From the NCBI GenBank assembly GCA_963819285.1, contig CAWFVM010000001.1, forward strand, positions 439,182-503,181: DNA of 64,000 nucleotides, in the 5' to 3' direction. The stretch is from an uncultured Actinomycetota bacterium. GTDB taxonomy: Bacteria > Actinomycetota > Actinomycetes > Streptosporangiales > Streptosporangiaceae. A program made the translations under genes and the position numbers. The notes beneath the pieces were generated by a model. The model was not told the origin of the DNA, made no database searches, and worked only from the letters and a program-made list of their open reading frames with translations. Positions within the stretch are counted from its first letter, which is position 1, and every line of letters starts with the position of its first letter. Positions 44,674-52,917 of the stretch are shown in pieces.

Positions 44674-46131
44674 CTAGAGGAGGTTGGTGGTCCAGCTGAG
44701 GACCAGGGCGATCTCGGTGTCATCGACCAGCAGGCCGAAGTGCTCTTTGAGGGATGGCGGGTCGGGCACCTGCAAGTCCTTCTCGATCTCGGTGTGATCG
44801 ACGTCCGGGCCGAAGTCCTCGCCGGGTGCCGTGCCCGGCGGGTAGTAGAACACGGTCGTGATTGGTCCCTGGCCCTCGATCCGGCCAAGCTGCCCGATGA
44901 GCTTTCCGGTCTTCTCGGCTGCGACTCGGGGGTCCTTAGAGGCCTGGGAGATGCGGATCGGCGCGGTGATCCGCACTTCCGGGGTGAACTTGTCCACCTG
45001 CTCCCAGTACCGGCGCCACGCCTCTTTTCTGGCCGCATAGCCAGGAGTTCCCAAGGCCAGTGCCTGATCGCGGAAGATGCCGCCAGCCCGGTCGGGCATC
45101 GCCTTCAGCGGCGGTGTCGTCATCCAGAAACTCTGCGGCTCGCTGAGCTCGGCCCGAGCCTTGGAGTCGCGATCGGCCTGGAACCGCACGAGCGCGTGCG
45201 TCTGGAAAATCTCGTCCAGATCTATGCCAGGGTCACCGCCGAGCACGCCGTTGGTGAACAGCGGGTAGAAGGCCCCGACATCGCCGATCACGTCGGGGTC
45301 GCTGGTCGGACTCTGATATGCCTTGAGCAGGCCATTCTCGCCATTGGGGACGAGCGGGCCATCGCCTTTCAGATTGGAAGCGGGCGCCAGCGCGGCGACT
45401 CCGATGAGAGTGCCGTCGCTGGCGTAGGTGTCCGCTAGGCTCGCCGCGAACAAGGCGGCCTGACCTCCCTGAGAATGTCCGACGATAGCGTATTTATCGG
45501 ACACAAGGCGAACGCCTTCCATTGCATGTGCCCGCATGACCTGATCGACAAGCTGATGTGCGGTGGGCACGATGTCGACTACGCCCCGCCCTTCTGAGTC
45601 ACCGAGCAGGAAGGGATGGATGCCCCGGGTACCTAGACCTTCGTAATCGGTCATGGCTACTATCCAGCCCGCGCGCAGGAAGGCATTGAGCAGTTTGTGC
45701 GGTGCCTTGTTGATCTTGCGGAGCTGGCCGATGCCGGTATCCTCAGGCGGGCCCAGGCTGTCGGAGTCCATGGACGGAGCGCATTTGTCGGCGCTTCCGA
45801 CCGTTCCGTGCGCCCAGCTGAGCACGGGCCATCCTCCGGCCGGCGGAGTGCCGTCAGGAAGGGCGATAATGCCGGATACCCCGATGGGCTGGTTGAACCC
45901 TTCATCGGCTATGCCGCTGGTCGACTGGTAGATGACGCGGTACGTCGCGCTCGCCGCTTCCAGGGCCGCGTAACCAGTGAGCGGCTCGAATCGGATCAGG
46001 TGCCCCTGCTTGCCGCCGAGGCCTCCTCGGTGACCCGGTAAAAAGGGTCTTCCGGCTGGTGTAAGTCGCCAGTATCGTTCATCAGCTATCTCCTCGGGGA
46101 AATTCAGGATGAGGAGAAGAGTGTGACTCAA
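44674..46131 (-). CDS. alpha/beta hydrolase, secretory-lipase (LIP) family-like; no signal peptide visible
   Basis: 485 aa with nucleophile elbow GHSQGG. VIYQSTS...VSGIIALP...WAHGT... resembles the LIP family. The N-terminus (MSHTLLLILNFPEE) looks atypical or truncated. Confidence 0.55.
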   Translation of the reverse strand: MSHTLLLILNFPEEIADERYWRLTPAGRPFLPGHRGGLGGKQGHLIRFEPLTGYAALEAASATYRVIYQSTSGIADEGFNQPIGVSGIIALPDGTPPAGGWPVLSWAHGTVGSADKCAPSMDSDSLGPPEDTGIGQLRKINKAPHKLLNAFLRAGWIVAMTDYEGLGTRGIHPFLLGDSEGRGVVDIVPTAHQLVDQVMRAHAMEGVRLVSDKYAIVGHSQGGQAALFAASLADTYASDGTLIGVAALAPASNLKGDGPLVPNGENGLLKAYQSPTSDPDVIGDVGAFYPLFTNGVLGGDPGIDLDEIFQTHALVRFQADRDSKARAELSEPQSFWMTTPPLKAMPDRAGGIFRDQALALGTPGYAARKEAWRRYWEQVDKFTPEVRITAPIRISQASKDPRVAAEKTGKLIGQLGRIEGQGPITTVFYYPPGTAPGEDFGPDVDHTEIEKDLQVPDPPSLKEHFGLLVDDTEIALVLSWTTNLL

Positions 46132-46268
46132 TATCGATTCACAGACCGATTAGCGACATAATTTCCCCATCTTACTGTCAGTTCCTGAGGTTCGCGGAAT
46201 TCGCTACGGGCAGTGCTGGAGCGGGCCGGGGATCGCCTCTGGCCGGGCCTGAACGTTCGGGGGATCGA

Positions 46269-46631
46269 TTGCCTAGCTCAGTGCTAGCTGCGATATTGAC
46301 GACCGGTGACCTCCGGCTGGCGCTCGCCGAACTGGATCTGAGTCACCCGGCTCTGGCCGAGTCACTGCTGGTCGCAGAGGTCGAGGTGGCGATCGACCGG
46401 GCCTTCGGGCGGCTAGCCGGCGCAGCAGGCGCAGCAGGCGCAGGAGGCGCAGCCAGCGGAATGGCTGTCGGGCTGTGCCGGCGACGGTCGCGGCGGCAGA
46501 GGTTCCAGCCCCGGCGCAGTTTCGGCGGCTGTCGCTCGTTCGACTGCTGTGATTGCGGTGACTGCTGCGAGGCCTGCGATGCGTGTGATTGCGGTGGCTG
46601 CGACTGCGGTGGCTGCGACTGCTCCTGCTGA
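46269..46631 (+). CDS. candidate small protein with Cys/Asp-rich C-terminal tail (FDCCDCGDCCEACDACDCGGCDCGGCDCSC)
   Basis: This is the only long ORF in the 500-bp gap between the lipase and GNAT genes. TTG or GTG start after GGGGGA. 15 Cys in the last 30 residues. The tail contains a 15-bp tandem repeat (46590-46619). GC3 is only about 72%, so the coding status is uncertain. Confidence 0.35.
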   Translation: MPSSVLAAILTTGDLRLALAELDLSHPALAESLLVAEVEVAIDRAFGRLAGAAGAAGAGGAASGMAVGLCRRRSRRQRFQPRRSFGGCRSFDCCDCGDCCEACDACDCGGCDCGGCDCSC

Positions 46632-46638
46632 GTGTGGC

Positions 46639-47592
46639 TTAAGCCCAGGTCATATTGATCTCGTGACCGAAGACGCACCACCCGGTGCGCTCGAACGCCG
46701 CGGCCATCGGCAGGTTGCCGAGATCGGTATCGGCCTCGATCCGCCCGGCCCCCTGCCCGGCGAGAATGCGAGTGCCTTCGGCGAGGATCTCGGCGGCGTA
46801 GCCCTTGCCCCGGTGAGCGGGGAGGACGCCGAGGTAGGCGATGATCGGATGCGAGCCGTTGTGGGCGGGGATGACGAAGCCGACTGGCTGGCCGTCCGCC
46901 CGTGCGGCGATGCGCCACCAGTCGCGCGGGCTCTGGTAGCGCGTCAGCTCGTCGGCGAGCCGGCGGGCCGTGGCCTGCTCGGGCGACTCACGGGTCAAGG
47001 TCGCCCGGTCGTGGGCGTCGAGCGTCCCGTCTAGCACCCCGACCAGGAGCGTGGTCAGCTCGGCCTGGTCATCGGCCGGGCGGAAGGTTATCCGGCGGCT
47101 GCCGGGCGGCAGCGGCGTTCGCGCTCGCCATTCGAGCCGCAGCCGTTCGACCAGCAGCCGGGCGCCGGCCAGTTCCGCGGCGGCCATCCGGTCCTGCACT
47201 ACCCGGCGCGATTCGGCGTGATCACGCCAGTCCGCCGGGACGAACCGGCTGTACTCAGGTATCCGCCCTCCCGGCGCAATCACCTGCCGCATCGCCGTCA
47301 GCAGCAGCTCCGCACCGAGGCCCGCGCGACTGTCAGCGCCGCCGGGAAGGTCGTCAGCGATGTCAAAGACATCCAGGAACTCCGGCGGACCAGCAGCCCG
47401 GCCCCACCACCCGGCCCTGGCCGCCAGCTGCCCGTCTCGCAGGGCTACCCAGAGCCACTCCAGCCTCCGGTGCCCGGAGTCGAGGTCGCGTTCTATTTCC
47501 GTATTAGTGAAGTAAGGAATCTGGCAGAAGAGCTCAAGCTCGTCGCGCCCGGCCAGCGGACGGACAATGAGATCAGGCTGTCCGACGGTCAT
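46639..47592 (-). CDS. two-domain GNAT family acetyltransferase
   Basis: Start moved to ATG 47592 (MTVGQPDLIVRPL...). C-terminal motif A is IAYLGVLPAHRGKGYAAEILAEGTRIL. The upstream 148 aa of the track ORF are not supported. Confidence 0.8.
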   Translation of the reverse strand: MTVGQPDLIVRPLAGRDELELFCQIPYFTNTEIERDLDSGHRRLEWLWVALRDGQLAARAGWWGRAAGPPEFLDVFDIADDLPGGADSRAGLGAELLLTAMRQVIAPGGRIPEYSRFVPADWRDHAESRRVVQDRMAAAELAGARLLVERLRLEWRARTPLPPGSRRITFRPADDQAELTTLLVGVLDGTLDAHDRATLTRESPEQATARRLADELTRYQSPRDWWRIAARADGQPVGFVIPAHNGSHPIIAYLGVLPAHRGKGYAAEILAEGTRILAGQGAGRIEADTDLGNLPMAAAFERTGWCVFGHEINMTWA

Positions 47593-47922
47593 GCACCTTA
47601 TTATCCGGCCCGGCTGGGGCTGAGCCAGTTCCGCAGACAAGCGTCGGTGGCTCTTGGGGCTGGCGCTGGCCGGGTGGAAGGCCGTCGTCATCCAACCTTC
47701 CGGCAGGATGACGACAACGTTCCGGGAAACGGAAACTGCCTTCTTGCCCTTGCGGCCAGTGCGAGCCGCCGGGAACTGGTCCCGTTCGCGCTCGCTGCCG
47801 CGGCTAGGCCGCCGGCCTTGCCGCCATGGGAGCATTGACCCGGCCGGGGAACTCTCTGAGAACGGCGGGCGCATGACCGGTGACTCGATCCCCAGGGCAA
47901 GACGCCTTGTCCCGGCGCTCCG

Positions 47923-48561
47923 GTGACTGCCGGCCAGCCAGGCGCGGCGCTTCCTGGTGACCTCTGGAACCCGGCAGGCCCCGGCGTCTTGCGGCTGCCA
48001 TCCGGCAGGCTGATCCGCGGTCGCGGCCTGCGTCACCCGCTGCCCGACGGTGCCCAGCCTGACTTCGGCGTATACCTGCTCCGGCGGCCTCCGCCCGAGG
48101 TTCCCTGGGAGTCGCGCTGGCTGCGCTGGCCGGATTTCGGCCTGCCCGCCGACCGAGCTGAGGTGCTGCCGGCGTTGACGCAGGCCTGGAAGCGTTCCGC
48201 GACTGAGCGAGTCGAGATCGCCTGCGCTGGCGGCTGCGGGCGAACCGGGACGGCCCTGGCCTGCCTCGCCATTCTCGATGGCGTGCCTAGCTCAGGGGCT
48301 GTCGCTTTCGTCCGCGAGCACTACAACCCGCGCGCGGTCGAGACACCCTGGCAGCGGCGCTACGTCGCCGGCTGGACCCGGCCAGCCGGGCCGACCGGCC
48401 TACCGGGCGTTAGCGGATGCCGGATCGTCTTACCTGAGCCTGGCAGTAGGGGCAGGAGATCTCGTCGGCGCCCGCCGGCAGGGTCATGGTCGCGCCGCAG
48501 CTCGCGCAGGGGATCTCGGCGCTGCCCAGGTCGATCTTGCGGCCGCAGCCGCCGCAGATGA
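47923..48561 (+). CDS. protein-tyrosine/dual-specificity phosphatase family protein (3' end uncertain)
   Basis: CX5R active site in VEIACAGGCGRTGTALACL, with WPDFGLPAD upstream. The last about 50 codons overlap the convergent gene and may be read-through. Confidence 0.65.
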   Translation: MTAGQPGAALPGDLWNPAGPGVLRLPSGRLIRGRGLRHPLPDGAQPDFGVYLLRRPPPEVPWESRWLRWPDFGLPADRAEVLPALTQAWKRSATERVEIACAGGCGRTGTALACLAILDGVPSSGAVAFVREHYNPRAVETPWQRRYVAGWTRPAGPTGLPGVSGCRIVLPEPGSRGRRSRRRPPAGSWSRRSSRRGSRRCPGRSCGRSRRR

Positions 48562-49504
48562 CAGCGCTGGCGCCGCGCAGGGCGCTGAACTCGCCGCCGC
48601 AGCCGCCGCAGTGCCTGGGCTGGCCGTCCTCGGGCTGGATCGGGATGTACTCGTTCTTCAGGCCGGCCCGGTCGAGCAGCACCGAGGCGGCGTCGGCCGG
48701 CAGCAGGCCGAGCCAGCCCTGGCAGAAGCCAGACCAGGCGAACTTGCCGGTCAGATGCTCGCCGCGATCCGGGTCAAGCTCGGCTAGCCTGGCCGACCTG
48801 TAGGCTCCCCTGGTCACCTCGATCTGCCTTTGCAGGGTGTCGGCCATCGGCCAGAACGAGTCGGGCTCGACCGTCCGCGCCATCAGGTTCCCTGTGTACC
48901 GCAGGCCCATGACCCGCTGCTTCATCTCGGCCTCAAGTGCCCGCGCGGCCGGATCGAAGGCGCTGATGACCGCCGCCTCGGTCAGGTAGTCGATGTAGGC
49001 ATTGCGGTAGGCCAGATCGTTCCTGGCCCGGTGCGAGACCGCCATCGGCACGTTGGCGACGTAGGACTCGTACACCCGCCGCTGAAGAGAGCGGTAACCG
49101 CTCCGGTCGCCAGCGGCGGCGGCGGCCTGCGAGGCGGCGTAGGTGGAGTTCACCAGCACGACATAGGCCGGACCTGGCATGGTGTCGCCCTCACAGGCCC
49201 GGCGCAGGTCGAAGTCGATCAGCGCCGCGCAGTAGTCGCAGTACACGAAGGCGGTAACGGTCGACAGCTTCTTCGGTGCCCCGCACGCCACGCAGTTGCA
49301 GCGCTTGACGTAGCCAGGCTGGGGCGGGGCCAGGATGGCCATGACCTGACGGGCCCAGGGCGCCGACCCGGCCGCCGGCGAGCCTGGCCCGCCCAGGCCT
49401 GCCTGCTGCTGGATGGCCTGGGCCTGCATCTGCCTGGCGAGCGCCATCAGGTCGGTGGCCGGCTGTCCGGACTGGCCGGGCTGGTTTCGCTTGAATAGAC
49501 CCAT
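48410..49504 (-). CDS. hypothetical protein with three zinc-ribbon-like CxxC pairs sets
   Basis: Start moved to ATG 49504 (MGLFKRNQPGQ...). CNCVACG..CDYC lies near the N-terminus. HCGGCGG..CGGCGRK and CASCG..CPYCQ lie at the C-terminus, flanking an approximately 200-aa helical core. Confidence 0.6.
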   Translation of the reverse strand: MGLFKRNQPGQSGQPATDLMALARQMQAQAIQQQAGLGGPGSPAAGSAPWARQVMAILAPPQPGYVKRCNCVACGAPKKLSTVTAFVYCDYCAALIDFDLRRACEGDTMPGPAYVVLVNSTYAASQAAAAAGDRSGYRSLQRRVYESYVANVPMAVSHRARNDLAYRNAYIDYLTEAAVISAFDPAARALEAEMKQRVMGLRYTGNLMARTVEPDSFWPMADTLQRQIEVTRGAYRSARLAELDPDRGEHLTGKFAWSGFCQGWLGLLPADAASVLLDRAGLKNEYIPIQPEDGQPRHCGGCGGEFSALRGASAVICGGCGRKIDLGSAEIPCASCGATMTLPAGADEISCPYCQAQVRRSGIR

Positions 49505-49511
49505 CTGGCGG

Positions 49512-50162
49512 TCACTTCCACTCAGGGCTGGTCGGCCTGGCCAGGAAGACAAAGGTCCCGGGATCGTCCACCTCAACCACCCGCCAGCCGAGCTTGTCGT
49601 AGAACCGGAGTGCGCCGGAGTTGCCGCTTCTGACCGTCAGGTGGCAGGAGCCGGCGCCGGCGGCTGCGGCGGACGCCAGGAACGTGCTCATCAGCTCGCG
49701 CCCGTGCCCGGCGCCCTGATAGTCGGGAAGCAGGTTGATGTGCAGGTGCGCCGGGTGCGGCGCGAGCTCGGCCCGCAGCATCCGCTCGGGGCCGAACATC
49801 TCCTCCAGCTTGTGCCGTTCATCCAGGGCCAGTCCGGCCAGCCCGGCGGGCGCCGACTCCGGCGGCTGGTACCGCTCGCGCAGCCGGGGCAGCCATCGGG
49901 CGCGGTAGGCGGCGACGAAGTCACTGGTGCTCGCGGTGCCGATGATGTACCCGACGGCCCGGTCCCCGTTGTCGAGTACGTAGGCGTGCTCGGGTTCCAG
50001 CTCCAGATAGGGGCCGGCGTAGATATCAGGGACCAGGTCGTCGGTGCTGTAGTGCCCGCGTGCGTCCTGGCCGGCCGCGCCGGTGCGGACGCAGATGTCA
50101 TAGACGTCGTCCCAGTCGGCGGTCAGGTACCGGCGGATCGCTGGAGCGGAGGTATCAGACAT
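49512..50162 (-). CDS. GNAT family N-acetyltransferase
   Basis: Start moved to ATG 50162 (MSDTSAPAIRRY...). LHINLLPDYQGAGHGRELMSTFL is motif A; ALRFYDKLGW is also present. Confidence 0.8.
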   Translation of the reverse strand: MSDTSAPAIRRYLTADWDDVYDICVRTGAAGQDARGHYSTDDLVPDIYAGPYLELEPEHAYVLDNGDRAVGYIIGTASTSDFVAAYRARWLPRLRERYQPPESAPAGLAGLALDERHKLEEMFGPERMLRAELAPHPAHLHINLLPDYQGAGHGRELMSTFLASAAAAGAGSCHLTVRSGNSGALRFYDKLGWRVVEVDDPGTFVFLARPTSPEWK

Positions 50163-50210
50163 GATGACCCTTAATGTAGTAGAACTGCGACTCGCAAGGG
50201 ATGACCACGT

Positions 50211-51114
50211 ATGCGCCCACTGAGATTCGGGCTGGTCGGCACCGGTCACTGGGCCCGCATCGCCCACGCCCCCGCGCTGGCCAGCACCGGCGGCCTTGAG
50301 CTGCGCGGCGATCTGGGGCCGGGATCAGGCGGCCGCTGGCGCGCTCGCGCACCGGTACGACGTCAGCGCGCACGCGGACTTCGATGACTTCCTCGCCGGG
50401 GTCGACGCCGTCTCCTTCGCGGTACCGCCCGATGTGCAGAGCTCGCTCGCCCTGCGCGCGGCTGGCGCCGGCAAGCACCTGCTGCTGGAGAAGCCGATCG
50501 CGCTGACGGAAGCCGAGGCCCGGCTGGTCCAGGCGGTACAGGACGCGGGCGTCGCCAGCGTGGTCTTCTTCACCGCGCAGTTCCAGCCGGAGGTACGGGC
50601 CTGGCTGGCCGCCGTGTCCGGGCGCGATGACTGGGCCGGGGCATCGGCCGTCTGGCTCGGGTCGGCGCTGCAGGCGGCCAGTCCGTTCAATACCGGATGG
50701 CGGCGCGACCACGGCGGGCTCTGGGACCTCGGGCCGCACCTGATCGCCCTGCTGTCGGCGGCGCTCGGCCCAGTCACGGCGGTGACCGCCGACCGGGGCG
50801 CCGGCGACGTCACCCACCTGGTCCTGCATCACCAGGCCGGGGTCACGAGCTCGATCACCGTGACCCTCGGCGCACCGGAGGACGTGGACCTCCTCGACGT
50901 GTACCTGTGGGGGCCGGCGGGCCGGTCAGTCGCGCCCAGGGAGGCAGGCGACCCGGTGACGCCGCTGCGAACCGCGCTGGCCGAGCTGGCCGCGAACGCC
51001 AGCACTGGCCAGCACAGTCACCCCTGCGACGCGAGATCCGCCGCCGCTGTCACCAGCGTCCTGGCGCAGGCCCAGCGCCAGCTCGACGCCAGGCCCTTCG
51101 ACGGCAGGCCCTGA
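50211..51114 (+). pseudogene. Gfo/Idh/MocA family oxidoreductase, one +1 shift
   Basis: MRPLRFGLVGTGHWARIAHAPALAS.GGLEL (Rossmann GxGxxG) from ATG 50211 continues as AAIWGRDQAAAGALAHRYDV... in ORF 50296..51114. The shift is near 50304. Confidence 0.75.
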
Positions 51115-51117
51115 GTC

Positions 51118-51933
51118 CTACTTGATGTGCAGCAGCTTCTTGACCTTGACCCAGGTGATCACGACATCGGTCGGGGTCGCGCCGCAGACGCCTGCGAACA
51201 GCTCGGTCTCGCTGTCGCCGAACGACTTGCCCTTCGCCACATACCCGGCGCCTAGCGCAAGCTCGCTGCGCTGCCCGCCGCAGTGCGCCCTGGTGCTGAA
51301 CGTGCCGAGGATGTTATCCCGGTGCCCCCAGCAGCCCCTCAGATCGGACTTTGTGCAGTCCTCGTTGCCGCTGTTCAGGCCGTCGTCGTACATCCAGCCG
51401 TAGTCGGAGCCGAGAGCGTTGCCGTAGCCGCCGGCCCAGTTGGCGCCGAGACCGATGAAGTGCCCGCCGCCAGGAAGCGGGCTGTGCACCTCCTGCAGCG
51501 GCGGGTCCTCATCGTCGGCCGCGCCGACCTGAGCGACCTTGTCAAGCGACCTGGTCAGCACGACGGCAGGGGATAGCCCGCGCTCGGTCCGCTCCAGGTT
51601 GACCGAGGCGAAGAGCCGCTCGATGGGCGAGAGCTTCTCGTAGGCCGAGAGCGAGAACGACATGCCGGCGATCTTCTCCTGCACCTTGCGCGCGTGCGCG
51701 ATCGCCTTCAGCGCGCTGGTGTTGCAGCCGGTGCCGTCCTTGGCCCGGCGGCAGGCAGGCGAGCCGAGGAAGAACGGATTCGGCCGCAGGCTCCTCGACG
51801 GGTTGTGCGGTGGCAGGATGCCCTTGTGCGGTGTCGCGACTCTGGCGGACGCGAGCGTCCCGCCTCCGATGATCAGCGCTCCGCAGGCGAGGGCGACTCC
51901 GCCCAGGCGCACAGCCAGTCCAGGTACCGACAT
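51118..51933 (-). CDS. secreted protein, CAP/SCP-like domain (putative)
   Basis: Signal-like N-terminus (LAVRLGGVALACGALIIGGGTLASA). NLERTERGLSP...ANWAGGYGN...WMYDDG...CWGHRDNIL resembles CAP/YkwD-type motifs. Confidence 0.5.
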   Translation of the reverse strand: MSVPGLAVRLGGVALACGALIIGGGTLASARVATPHKGILPPHNPSRSLRPNPFFLGSPACRRAKDGTGCNTSALKAIAHARKVQEKIAGMSFSLSAYEKLSPIERLFASVNLERTERGLSPAVVLTRSLDKVAQVGAADDEDPPLQEVHSPLPGGGHFIGLGANWAGGYGNALGSDYGWMYDDGLNSGNEDCTKSDLRGCWGHRDNILGTFSTRAHCGGQRSELALGAGYVAKGKSFGDSETELFAGVCGATPTDVVITWVKVKKLLHIK

Positions 51934-52014
51934 GCCGTTCCTCCAGCTGACTCAGGTGATCGGGCTGTCCGGGGGTTCCGCAGTAGCCTATGCAAGTCGG
52001 CAAGGAGAAGACAA

Positions 52015-52656
52015 TTGGGTGAGTTTCGGATCGCCTCCTCGGCCGAGCTGACCCCTGACCAGCTCGCTGGCGCGGCCGCCGTCTATGAGCAGGCCTTCCG
52101 CCCGAACATGCGGGTGCCCTTCGCCGAGCTGGCCGCGACCGGGCCGGCCGATCTTCTGCTGGCAGCGCTTGACGATGCCGAGCCGGTCGGCGTCGCCGCG
52201 CTCAGGCGGCTCGATCAGGCGGGCTGGACGTTCCTTCGCTACTTCGCCGTCACCGCTGGCCGCCGCCGCACCGGCCTCGGCCGGCGACTCTGGACCGGCC
52301 TGGCCGGGCCGCTGCGCGCCGCCGGGTGGCCGGACCGGATCGCCTTCGAGGTCGAGGACCCAGCGCACGCGCCCGACGAAACCGAGCGCGCGGCCGACGT
52401 GGCCAGGATCGAGTTCTGGCGGCGCTGCGGCTGTGAGCTGCTGCCCGTGCCCGGCTACGTCATGCCCGACATCACCGGCCTGGCCCCGCCCGAGCCCATG
52501 CTGCTGATGGCAGGCGCCCTGGCCCGGCCCGGCGAGCTGTCGGCGGGTCAGCTCAGCGCCCTGGTGCTTGGGATCTACCAGGAGCGCTACCGGCTTGACC
52601 GGGACCATCCGCTGGTCAGGGCGGCGCTGGCCGCCCTCGCCGGACCTGCGGGCTGA
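52015..52656 (+). CDS. GNAT family N-acetyltransferase
   Basis: TTG 52015 follows AAGGAGAAG. FLRYFAVTAGRRRTGLGRRLWTGL is motif A. The upstream part of track ORF 51694..52656 is antisense to the CAP-like gene. Confidence 0.7.
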   Translation: MGEFRIASSAELTPDQLAGAAAVYEQAFRPNMRVPFAELAATGPADLLLAALDDAEPVGVAALRRLDQAGWTFLRYFAVTAGRRRTGLGRRLWTGLAGPLRAAGWPDRIAFEVEDPAHAPDETERAADVARIEFWRRCGCELLPVPGYVMPDITGLAPPEPMLLMAGALARPGELSAGQLSALVLGIYQERYRLDRDHPLVRAALAALAGPAG

Positions 52657-52689
52657 CCCGTGGCCTGACCGGCCTCACGCTGGTGGTGA

Positions 52690-52915
52690 GGACGCCCGGC
52701 TTTATATTTATGCATAATGAATGTGCTCTTTTAAATTGTTTATGTTGTTCGATGAGTAAATAATCCCCTGGGCGGACTCTGAGTAGGCTATTTATTGCTC
52801 TGGGCGGCGGAGACTCGGCTAGCCTCGTCGGCATGCTTCCGGTGCCAGCAAACACAGGATAGCCGCATTGCGGCGAATAGTTTATTGCGCTAATTTCGCG
52901 CGCCGAAGGTCATCG
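52690..52915. other. AT-rich island (about 35-45% GC) immediately upstream of the GT-C-like gene
   Basis: TTTATATTTATGCATAATGAATGTGCTCTTTTAAATTGTTTATGTTGTTCGATGAGTAAATAAT... sits in an otherwise approximately 70% GC context. It contains two CTGGGCGG boxes. No credible ORF. Confidence 0.8.
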
Positions 52916-52917
52916 CC

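Noticed and set aside
46269-46631. Cys-rich ORF as a RiPP precursor with a local maturation cluster
   Set aside because: No radical-SAM, YcaO, LanB/C/M, P450 or peptidase/transporter set lies within 10 kb. It is kept only as a metallothionein-like or unknown candidate.
46343-46918. ORF 46343..46918(-) 191 aa
   Set aside because: It overlaps the GNAT gene out of frame. Elsewhere it is a low-complexity reading of the same micro-repeat as the Cys-rich ORF.
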